Below the pieces are notes generated by a model, which did not search any database, was not told the origin of the DNA, and saw only the letters and a program-made list of their open reading frames with translations. Shown here one piece after another: positions 12,906 to 23,599 of a stretch of DNA of 64,000 nucleotides. Each line of letters starts with the position of its first letter. Position 1 is the first letter of the stretch. The position numbers and the translations under genes are program-made. Source of the stretch: Epiperipatus broadwayi (taxonomy: Eukaryota; Animalia; Onychophora); assembly GCA_028023455.1 (NCBI GenBank), contig JAQFVV010000005.1, positions 6,386,001 through 6,450,000 on the forward strand, read 5' to 3'.

Positions 12906-13841
12906 ATGATAAAGTTTATTGTTGATTCTTTAAAAAATTTTAATGATAATCTTGTTGCATCTTTTGAAGGTCAATATTATAAAATGTCTAAAGTTTGGCC
13001 TATGGGTCTGCCTGTAGTTGCACAAGTTTGCAATTTTGTTTTATTTACTTATGAGAGTAGTGTTTTAAATATGTGTACTTTTGGAGATATTAAAATTTAC
13101 AATAGATATGTGGATGATGTTTTTGTTTGTGGAAATACTAATACTATAAATTTGCTAGTAGAGAAATTAAATAAGTTGAATGCCTTGAAATGGGCTATTG
13201 AAAAGGAACAGAACAAAAATATTAATTATTTAGATTTAATTATTACAAGAGATAACAGTATATTAAATTATAAATTAATAATTAAGCCACTGCAAAAAAA
13301 GGGATATATAAATTGTAAATCAAAAGTACCAATTATGCATAAGATGGCAAGTTTTAAATCTTTTTTCTTTTGTAATGAAAAATTATGTCGTTACCAAAGT
13401 GATAAACTGAAAAATATTGAGATATTTGCCAAGGAATTGCTTGATGTTGGTTATAAAATGCAACAAATAAGCAATACTTTATGTCAATTTAAAAAAAGTT
13501 ATAATGGTTTAAAGGAAATGAAGATTAATAGTAAACAATGGATATCTATTCCATTTATTTCAAATCCATAAGTGAAATTTTTTAAGGATATATATAAGAA
13601 TGTGTTTAATGTTTCATTGTACGTTCCAAACAATATTAATAAATTAGTCAATAATTCTAAGGATGTCATACCTGTCAAGCAGAAAAGTAATGTCATATAT
13701 CAAATTTTTTGTGATTGTATGCTATCATATATAGGTGAATCTAGGTGCAGTATTGAGAAGAGATTGAGGGAGCATGAATTGTTATATAAGTGTGTAAAAA
13801 GTAAAAATAATGGTGATTTAATGTCCTTCAGTTTTCTTTGA
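12906..13841 (+). pseudogene. PLE reverse transcriptase/GIY-YIG remnant, right arm (ORF pieces 12906-13571 and 13572-13841)
   Basis: YKMSKVWPMGLPVVAQVCNF, YNRYVDDVF, and KSNVIYQIFCDCMLSYIGESRCSIEKRLREHE. An in-frame TAA sits at 13569-13571. Confidence 0.9.
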
Positions 13842-15130
13842 TCATGAAAAAACATGTAAATATAAGTTATTTACGAAAATTCTTTATGAAGAGAGAAACC
13901 ATAATAAAAGAAAAATTAAGAAGGCAATTTTTATAAATAGGAATAAAATGCATTTAATAAATAGACAAGCTGCTAACATTAAAATACAAGATTTGTGAGA
14001 TTTGAATTAATGATGTTTGCTTCCATTTTTTTTTTTTTTTAATTTAATGGCAGTTGAGACTGGTTTAAGAAATTAACCGGAAGTACTTCTGCGGATTTAA
14101 GGATTGTTTATAATAGTTTGTTACCATTAACTTTATTATTTTTATTATAATTATATTAACACTATTGTATTAAAGCAGTTCAATAATAAATAGACTCATT
14201 CAACAAATAAAAATCTCTTAAGATTGTAAAGCAGTCGATCAGTTAAATAATAACATACAGTCAATGACATAAACATGCCACTAAAGTAACCTGATTAGAG
14301 AATGTGTTGTTGTGTGGTTTACAATATGGTAGAGGCAACAGTGGAATTCAGATAATACACAATCTTGCTGCTCTAATAAGCTTGAAGTATAACGACAATA
14401 TATCCAACTGTAGTTTAATTCATTAAATAAAATGCAACTTAATTTTTTTCCTCTTTTCATCAGAGTAACTAAAACCAAACTTATATATGTATATAATAAT
14501 GGAGCATGCTCTATTTTTTTTTTTTAATTCTTTGTAAAAATCTCACTAAACAAATAAAATGCAGTAAATGTTGATTGTGTGCAATATACAGCTTCATTTT
14601 GTGAGAATCATTTCATCATATCTGCCACCAGTAGATAGCAATTTTACATTTGTGTAAATGATAAGAATGACCGTGTTTGGAATACGATTAAATCTTAGGA
14701 TAGGGATGTGCTTTTATATTTGAAGTTTTTTTATTCTGTCCACATGTAGATTAATCATAAACATATATATACTCTTTATACTTCTTCTATACGAAATGTA
14801 ATAAATGTCATAAGTGTGCTTAAATGCATATATAGAGAAGCTTGTTATTTCTATAAATTAAATACGGCTTAGCACTTTTGAGAATTTATGGTGTTCTCAT
14901 ATTCATAGCAAGATGAAATAGAATTATTCTATATCATCTTGTTGGGCGGGATTTGTATTAAACCACTAAACATAACATGATCACCATTCTTTATGCTTAC
15001 ACAATCTGTTTATACAGAAGCAAAACTTTCTATACAATAGCACCATTTAGTTCAAACCAGAGTAATCAATGGATGCAGGAAGGTTTGTTTGTGCATAAAA
15101 TCACTATCTAGTGCCTATTCATCCAACATT

Positions 15131-15168
15131 CCCAGACTAGTTTCTATCCTGTGGCTTTCATCAGTGAG
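15131..15168 (-). ncRNA. Second copy of the hammerhead-like motif, opposite polarity
   Basis: Reverse complement reads CTCA-CTGATGA-aagccacaggata-GAAACTAGTC-TGGG. Confidence 0.5.
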
Positions 15169-15766
15169 GAGCCTTGGATCTGAGTGCACTGCATCTAGAT
15201 CTCAGGATCTAATGCAACCCTCCAGCAGTCATCTTTTACCTTATTAGCTAATTATAAAACTTTGAGTCGAAAATAAAACACAATAACGTTTTTAATTCAA
15301 GCTCATTAACTTATATAGTTCTATAGCTCTGAATTTAGTTCAGCATCCATATTTTTTGTTGTCTTTGGTTCTTTAATAACCACAGACATCATAGTCTGGG
15401 GATGTTGGATGAGTAGGCACTAGATAGGGATTTTATGCACAAACAAACCTTTCAGCATCCATTGATTACTTTGGCTTGCACTGAGTGGCGCTACTGTATG
15501 AAGAGTTTTGCCTCTGTGTAAGCATAAAGAATAGTAATCATGTGATGTTTAGTGATTTAATACCAATCCTGCCCAATAGTATTATGATGATACTGAACTG
15601 ATTTCAGATCTATGCAACTATAGAAGCTAATGAGCTTGAATTGAAAACATTATTGTGTTTTTATTTTGAACTCAAAGCTTTATAGTTAGCTAATAAGGTA
15701 AAAGGTGGCTGCTGGAAGGTTACATTAGATCCTAAGATCTAGATGCAGTGCTCTCAGATCTAAGGC

Positions 15767-15808
15767 TTCTCACTGATGAAAGCCACAGGATAGAAACTAG
15801 TCTGGGGA
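15767..15808 (+). ncRNA. Putative minimal type I hammerhead ribozyme (non-canonical stem II)
   Basis: TTCTCA-CTGATGA-aagccacaggata-GAAA-CTAG-TC-TGGGGA. Stem I has 6 pairs including G-U, stem III is the palindrome ACTAGT, and GUC gives a predicted cut after 15802. The G10.1-C11.1 pair is absent. Confidence 0.55.
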
Positions 15809-16759
15809 TGTTGGATGAGTAGGCATTAGATAGGGATTCTATGCACAAACCTTCCTGCACCCATTAATTACTCTTGTTTGCACTGAATGGTGCTACTGTA
15901 TGGAAAGTTTTGCCTCTTTCATCTTACTATGAATATGAGAATGCTGTGAGTTCTCAAAGTGCTAAGCAGTAATTAATTTATAGAAATAACAACTTTTTCT
16001 ATAATTGTGTACAAGCGCACTTATTTCATAAAAATATAAACAAAATATTGTTTTATGCATAAATTTTTATTATTTTATTGATAATAAATGTGTGATAATG
16101 AAAAATATATTTCATGAAACGTAATGACTTTTATGAAATGAATAATAAATAATATAAGTATTATTTTAACAACAAGTTTTGCGAAGTTAAAAAAAAAAAA
16201 CAAATTGTTCTGCCAAATCAATGTGAACTGAATAAATCCTACCAATAGTTAAATTTGAAAACTATTTGGTCTTAGAGAAATTATTTACTGTTCACAATTT
16301 TAGAATGGCTCTATTTGAATGAGGTTGCCTATCAGTTCAGAGAAATAAGCTGCTATTGATTAATAAAATCTATATTACACCAGCAATGGATGCAGGAAAT
16401 ATGTAGATCTTAGAAGGATTGGGAACTAATTTCACACTAATTTATGGAAACACAAAACTAAAAAGAAATCTCTTATTCTTTCATCTAGCCTTTCATTCAT
16501 CACAAGGCAGTGAAAGTAATGATTGTAACCTTTGTCTCTCATTGTGGTTGAAAAATTCATACTGCTGTCTTGCGTAAATGTAAATAGTTTCATATTAGTA
16601 AGCTTTAAATGTCAAGAGTCTGAAATAGGATACCAAACATAGGATATGACTGCCATTTTCATTCTCGCGATTCATGGGTAATCATTATGCAAAATTCTTA
16701 ATATCATTACTGAATCTTTTTTTTTTTGTCTTATAGAATTCCAGATATTCACTTCTTCT

Positions 16760-17165
16760 CTTTTTTGTGCCTTAATATTTGTGTAATGGCTAACGATATA
16801 GTTTTTGACTGTAGAGGGACCTCTCAAACCTCAACACAAGATAGGAACTTTACAAAGATAAGAGTGACTGTCTTATCTTTAACCTAAATTCTTACTTATA
16901 TAGGCCAGTCTGAAGCATCCTGATATGAGAGCCTGAAGATGCTTCAGATTGACCTATTTAAATAAGAATTAAGGTTAAAAATAAGATGGCTGCTCTTATC
17001 TTTATAAAGTTCTTATCTTGAGATGTTGTTTGAGAGGTCCCTCTACAGTCAAAAACTGCATTGCTTGGCTATTATACAAATGCTTAAGACACATGTGAAA
17101 AAGGTTAAAATCTTTCTCTTTCTAATTACAGATGTGCTGTACACTTGATAAATAATCAGAAGGTT
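16760..17165. mobile_element. Fold-back hairpin insertion
   Basis: Arms at 16762-16919 and 16938-17094 with an 18-nt loop, a ~71-bp one-sided tail, and a 15-bp TSD ATATTCAC(T/A)TCTTCT (16745-16759, 17166-17180). Confidence 0.75.
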
Positions 17166-17217
17166 ATATTCACATCTTCTAAATGGAATGTTTTAAATAT
17201 TTCCATATTCCTTCACC

Positions 17218-17586
17218 CAGGGGTCCCCAACCTTTTTACACTTAAGAGCACATTCTATAATACCAGCCAAGTGGCGGGCACCATTTATTTTTTCAATGTA
17301 AATTTATAGTTGTATATTGTTAATAATACACATAATGTACAAAAAAATATTTATTTCAAAAATAAAATTTTAACATGTAATTAACGTTTATATTCTTATG
17401 CTGTAAAAGTATAATATGCCCCACAATTTGATTACAATATAATACAATAATTTATAAGAAATTTTAAAAATTAAATTTATTTGTATCAGATAAATAATTT
17501 TTTATCGAGTTCGGATAGCGGTGGGCACACGTAAAATGGTCTGCGGGTGCCATAAGTGCCCATGGGCATAGAGTTGGGGATGCCTG
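17218..17586. mobile_element. hAT-derived MITE (Charlie/SPIN-like)
   Basis: TIRs CAGGGGTCCCCAAC / GTTGGGGATGCCTG and an 8-bp TSD CCTTCACC / CCTTCACA. No coding capacity. Confidence 0.88.
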
Positions 17587-18206
17587 CCTTCACATCTTTA
17601 TATATATGGTCTTGCCTCAGGTGAAAATTGTTGCCCCTAAAAATTCTACCAACATTATCTATATGTGTAACAGCAGCTAAAGGCAATTTTTGTAAATTGA
17701 AAATTTAAAAAAATTATTAGACAATGTCTCAAGATGAATTAAATGCTCTATAGATTTTAATGAAAAGTTTATAACTAAAACAATAAACTATAAAAAAGCT
17801 ATCAAACTATTTGTTATTACTAAAACCTAAAAAATGATTTAATATATTATGATTTTTTTTTTATTCTATAAGTTTTTTAAAAATATATTTTAACTTACTT
17901 TGCTTCATTTTTCTGCATTTTTTTTAATTTGATATTTTTTTTATTTTTGTGTGCATGTTTTTGTTTTGTTTTTTAAATAAAGATATTTGTATTTATTTAA
18001 TATATATATTTCCTATTAATTCATCACTTTCTTCAGAGACTATTTTAAATAAGTAGAAAAGTTTTGTAATAACTGCCCCACTGCAGAGCAAAGATATCTT
18101 CAACAATTCTCCATAGTTAAGCAGTGAAAGAGAAAACTTGCCAATTTCCAAGTTATGAGCGTTTGAGTGGTTTTTTATTGTTGTTTTACTCTCTAGTTCA
18201 GGATTA

Positions 18207-18390
18207 CACAGAGGCAAAACTCTTCATACAGTAGCACCACTCAGTGCAAGCCAGAGTAATCAATGGATGCAGGAAGGTTTGTGCTTAAAATCCGTATCTA
18301 GTGCCTACTCATCCAATATCCCCAGACTAGTTTCTAGCTTGTAGCTTTCATCAGTGCTTAAGCATAAAAAAATGGTGATCATGTGATATT
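18207..18390. mobile_element. Third copy of the hammerhead-bearing unit, with a 5' inversion
   Basis: 18207-18356 is the reverse complement of the unit (motif CTGATGA-aAGCtacaaGCTa-GAAACTAGTC at 18322-18356). 18360-18393 continues the unit in sense. TSD TAG(T/C)TCAGGATTA (18194-18206, 18391-18403). Confidence 0.75.
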
Positions 18391-20339
18391 TAGCTCAGGA
18401 TTAGGAGATACCTATTTATTGACCAATGCCTGGAAGAAAATTTGTAAGCATCTTGAAAACATTTGCTTGCATTTGAGCTCAGGCCATAGGCATGATAAAT
18501 GAATGCATTATCTCTGCACCATCAGATTCTTCTAAGTAACTTTAAAAGACAGTTTTTAAGTCTTGCCTCAAGTAATAAAACAGTCCAGATTGTAATAAAT
18601 ATTTATATAATTATATATATTTATGAATATCAGGCAATTATATAGAGGTCAGAGATTGAAAACTGATGCAACAAAACTATGAAAGTATAGTTACCAATTT
18701 CTCCAGGCATGTATAACACTTTAAAACAGGGGGACACAATCTTCAATTCTTTGAAAAGATGAAAAGACAAGATGTTGTGATGAATACTTAAAATATGGAT
18801 GATCAATATATGAGAAATAACTAGGGTGTTAAGTATGGTAAAATATTATGAATGATAGCTTTTCTTTTTTGCATTTACAAATGAAGTATGCCATCTTTAT
18901 AAACAAGGAATACAGTTTCTTTCATTTTCTAACAAAACATCAAAATATAAAATTTGATTAAAGATAACAATTGTACTTGAAGCTTCCTCTTATATTAGTT
19001 GTGTTATTGCTAGACCCAGAAAGAATATTTAAAAATATTCATATATTAAAAATATCTTTACTTTTTACTTTATTCTATTATGATCATTATGAGTTTACAT
19101 TTTATTGGTCTTTCTCCACCCCACACCTCTCACTAAACTTTGAATATAGGAAAAACAGAAACCTTAATATAAGATTGTAATGACCGTAACATATAAGTAG
19201 ATTATTTTTAATGTATTATAATTATGTTCAATTTATCAAATTTAATTGGTAGATTTAAAATATTTAATAGGACTCCAGATTTTAGAAGTAATTTTAATTA
19301 TTCGATTTTAAATTCTTTTTTAAAGTGGTTTAGATCAAGATGTCAATTAGTTTATCATAATAAATCTATTAACAAGTTTAATTAGTTATTAAAAAAGTTT
19401 GGAAAAAGGAATGTTAATCAAAGAAACTTAAATATAGGTTATTATAAGAAAAGGCCCGATGCTAATGATACTTTAAATATTTCTGACAATGATTCTAAGT
19501 AAAGGTTCTTCCTTTGATCCTTTTAACAAAAGAAATGTGATAATTGATTTTATTTTTGTTATATTCCAGATAATGGTAAAATGTCTCTACATGTAATTTT
19601 GAATAGACAAGCACTTGAGAGGGAATAATTTGTTTTTGGCTCAAAGCAAATAGATCTTTTTTAAAAAAGGTTGAAGATCGGTGATGTTATCCTATTAAAA
19701 GAAGACAAAGATGGCCATTTTGCATTGCTGAATAATAGTGATTTTAAAAATAAAGCTTCTTTAGAGTTAAATATATGGGAAGTATTTTATTTTAAATTCT
19801 GATTCTGATAAAATAAAATCCAAGTTGATTGAACTTATTTGTTACCTTAGCCATTATCCGGCTTCCAAAGTTTTCTTTCATCTTAAGTCTCGTAAAGATA
19901 ATTTTCCTTTAAGAAATATTTTTGATTTTATGTGGTGGGAATTGTTGATAAAATTTAAAATTTCTTGTAATACTTTTTAAAAATTGTATAAATTTAGGCC
20001 AATTTTGTGCCTCTTCTTTTGGGGCATTTAATAAAATAAATGGATTTGTTTTAGAGAATGATTGTGTATTTGGTAGTTTATATATTGAAAGTATATATCA
20101 ATCAATTGATAAAATAAGAAGTATTAAGGTATTTTTTTTTAATTTAGAGAATTTTCCTGCAGATAAGGTTTATGTGCAGTAATATGTTTTATAAGATTAG
20201 AGAGGGTCAGATTATTGGTTGTGTTCTTTTTTGATGTGCTCTGTTCTATATTGATTTTTTAGAGAATAATATTATTAATCATATTTCTGTTTTTTATAAA
20301 CTATTTTGTTTGTTATTCAGAAACGTAAATTGAAGGATT

Positions 20340-20430
20340 TTTTTTATATGTCAAAGCGTTGACAGGGAAGCAAACATGAAGCCGCCAGCTGCTTGGAAGG
20401 CAGCTATGCTAACCCCTAGGCCACCAACAC
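20340..20430 (-). mobile_element. tRNA-Gly(TCC)-derived short SINE / retroposed pre-tRNA, copy 1
   Basis: Reverse complement GTGTTGGTGGCCTAGGGGTTAGCATAGCTGCCTTCCAAGCAG matches the eukaryotic tRNA-Gly(TCC) 5' half. Short trailer, poly(A), and TSD TTGAAGGATT (20330-20339, 20431-20440). Confidence 0.75.
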
Positions 20431-20914
20431 TTGAAGGATTTCTTTGATAGATTGAATGCTTTTGATTCTAATATTAATTTTACATTTGAGAGGGGTACTT
20501 TTGATTTAAATTAAAATTTCTAGATTTAAGTGTTGATATTGTTAGTAATATTTTATTTTGTAATCATTTTATTAAACATAAAATTTTAAGAAATATGATA
20601 AGACCTGATACTTATCAACCTTTTATTAATAACTTTGAAAATGATTATATTCAAAGGAGTTGATTTCCTTCTGATTACAGTATATTGATTTTAGTTATAA
20701 TCATGAATTTATTACAAATATGATATTTAATAAAAATATCAATAAGCCTGATACTAATAAAAATGTATTTGTTAGTGAGAATAAAAAGTTTCTTTATCAT
20801 TTAAGTCAGCAGTTTATAGGTTGGTTTATAAGAGTAGTCATTTTTGGATAACTTGGAAGAAAGGTCTGGATTTAAATTCATTATTGAGTAATTCAGAACA
20901 ACTGATTGATAACA

Positions 20915-21245
20915 TATTAATAGTTTTTAATAGTCATTCTTTATATTGGAGATCATTCTATAATGAATAATATTTGTGTAGTGTAATTTTCACTGCACGA
21001 CTCATACAAGGTAGGGACTGGTTTCTATCTACTTTTAACACATTGTGGAATGATGTAATCATAAACATGATATGCTGGATCAACATGAAATGTGCATTGT
21101 GGATCATAGATCTTTGTCACATATCTTTCTTTGTCACATATTTATGATTACATTCTTCCACAATGTGCTATAAGTGGATAGAAACCAGTCCGTATCTTGT
21201 GTGAGAGTGATGTAGTGAAAATTACACTACAGAAATATTATTCAT
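20915..21245. mobile_element. Fold-back hairpin insertion
   Basis: Arms at 20963-21065 and 21141-21245, a 48-bp one-sided tail, and TSD AACTGATTGAT (20900-20910, 21246-21256; extends to 15 bp with 2 mismatches). Confidence 0.75.
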
Positions 21246-22211
21246 AACTGATTGATGGCAACTCTATTTCTGGTATATTTATAAAATTCCTTGTAAAATT
21301 TATATAGGTCAAAAATAAATTGTCTTAATGAAAGAATTAAAGTTTATAAGAGTGGAGTTAAAAATAGGTATTATAACTGAGTTTTGTATATTCTTGAACT
21401 GAATACAGGTCATAAAATATTATTTGATAATGCAAAGATGATCTTTTAAGAAAAAAAGGAAGTAAAAAGAAAAATCAAGGAAACTGATGATAAATCTTCT
21501 TGAATCTAAGGCCATCATTCTCTTGAAGACATTCTTTGATATTAAAGACAGTTGGTTATTGAAGTGAATTATGGGAAGGTATATATATATATATATGTTG
21601 TTTGTATTTAGTTGAATTTCACTTGAGAAGGTTTATTTGTTAATAGATAAAATCATGGGCATGAGAGAATTTTAGTATAATTTTGTTTTTTGACTATTGT
21701 TTAATATTATATGATTTTTTATTTTAATATATAATTTATGTTAATAAACAAGTTTTTATAAGGAAAAAAGGGCATAAGACAATAAGTATTGTTATTTTTA
21801 TTTATAATTATTTCAAAGTATGTAATTAAAAAGATATTCCGATATTGATGTAGCTAAAACTTTTGGCCCCTATGCAAAAATTTAACAAAAATTCTTTTAA
21901 ATATTTATAACCTATAGCTTAATACTTTATTACCATTTTTTAATGATTGATATTAAGAAGATCCCTAAAACCAATCACCTATGTACATTTCTGGTTTATT
22001 TCATTATTGTTATATTAAATTATTGTATGTATGCTAAGAGAAAAAATATTAATTAAAATAAATATTATCTTTCATATGATCAATATCTCAAAGAATTCAA
22101 GATGTCTAATTATGTTAAGGCAGCAGTAATAGATAGAATTAAAAATAATATCAATACTTATGTGCTTATAACGCTAAAATAAAGAAGTTATATGTTATTA
22201 AATTTATTTAA

Positions 22212-22720
22212 AGCTTAGCGCTTTCAAAGCTCTATGGCTTCATAATCATAGCTGTACAAAATAAAAATAAAACGGTTGATAGTGATGAGGGGGTGTATTC
22301 AAATTTATGTTAATTAGATGTTTCAGTATACTATTTAAAATATCGTATGACTTAGTTTGTCCATCTTTTGGAAATGGCAAACAGGTGTCCTTTCTATTAA
22401 TTGATTGGTTGTCATTATTTATGAAATATGCCTTCTTTATTTTGCACCTATGGTCATTACTCTCTTTACACACTATTCTGGGATTGGTGGGTTCAAATCT
22501 GTGTCCAGTAGCTTTTTCATGTTCCACGAATGCTGATGTAGACTCCTTGTTGTTCAGTGCCCTTTTATACATATATAGTAAATTTTTTCTTATTCAAGTT
22601 GACAAAATCACAAATGTTGTTTAGTCACTGTTTTGCTTGTTAATTGCAAGATATTTGAGAAGCAATGATGTTGGAAAAAATCTTTTTGCTTTACACCCTA
22701 TAACAAAGAGCTCAAGAGAT
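22212..22720 (-). mobile_element. Penelope-like element 3' fragment (C-terminal part of GIY-YIG endonuclease)
   Basis: ORF 22246-22572 has TSAFVEHEKATGHRFEPTNPRIVCKESNDHRCKIKKAYFI...SINRKD, a typical PLE EN C-terminus. A degenerate hammerhead-like motif follows at 22212-22253. Confidence 0.8.
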
Positions 22721-23599
22721 AAGGAAATATTTTAATGTTATTGATAATTACTTCAGAAAAATGACATTTTTTTGATCTAATTGTTGAGAGTTATTCACTG
22801 ATAGAGAAAAATCTGTCTGATTTTATATTCAGTCACATCATTTTGTGGTAACACTCAATAGAATATGGACTCATTACTACATTCTCGAGCAAGTCTAGCA
22901 TCTAAGTGCCTCCCTGATGAATTACATTATTCTTGATGAAAATGTTAAATTTCCAAATGTGAAGATTTTTGAAGCATTATATAAAGAGATGATGAATTTT
23001 CATTTTACCCTGCTCCTTTTTTATAAAAATAAGATAGCATTTTTTTTTGGTAAAGTTTTTATCTGGTTGTTTGAAATTAACCTTGAGATCTAGAATTTTT
23101 TTTTAAGATTGTTCTTTCTAACTTGCTTCCAAGTTGCATGACTATGATTGGCTTCAGCTTTTTACACTTTTATCAGATCAGTTTCAAACAAAACAGAATC
23201 ATGAATAAAATATTATATTTTTGAAGGTTATGTATAGAAAAAAAAACCATCTGAAGTATTTAATATCTGAGGACACACTGAAGCTGCCTCAGGAAATGAA
23301 TGAGAAAAAGAGCTAAAATCATCTTTCAAGAATTTGATTTTTAAAACCCATTTGAAGAACACCCAATTATCAATCAAAGAAAATAAGAGTAATTGATTGA
23401 ATTTTCAACTAATACTAATTCAAAAGCGAAATCAAAGAAAAAATTTAAGCTCTGAATTTTAAGTTACATAAAATAATCCAAAATCTTTTTACAAATACTA
23501 ATTTAATAATTACTGCACTGCTCAACAAAAGTAATTTGTAAATGCATATAAGAAAATATAAATATTGTAACTTTTTACAACTTGTGTAATTATTAGATT

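Larger units (their letters stand above)
11323..14152. mobile_element. Head-to-head palindromic Penelope-like element (two 5'-truncated RT-GIY-YIG arms)
   Basis: The minus arm (11357-12740) and plus arm (12777-14152) are reverse complements with scattered differences, separated by a 36-bp spacer. A 34-bp one-sided tail (11323-11356) and a 12-bp TSD ATATTAACACTA (11311-11322, 14153-14164). Confidence 0.92.
14809..16081. mobile_element. Fold-back non-coding element with a ~406-nt tandem unit carrying a hammerhead-like motif (retrozyme-like / non-autonomous PLE)
   Basis: Inverted arms at ~14811-15345 and ~15588-16023. Sequence from 15392 is repeated directly from 15798 (period 406 bp). Hammerhead-like motifs at 15131-15168 (-) and 15767-15808 (+). 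One-sided tail 16024-16081. Candidate 10-bp TSD TAATAAATGT (14799-14808, 16082-16091). Confidence 0.75.

Noticed and set aside
19660-19730. LKIGDVILLKED resembling the BEL/Pao integrase C-terminus
   Set aside because: It is a single short motif with no supporting flanking homology.
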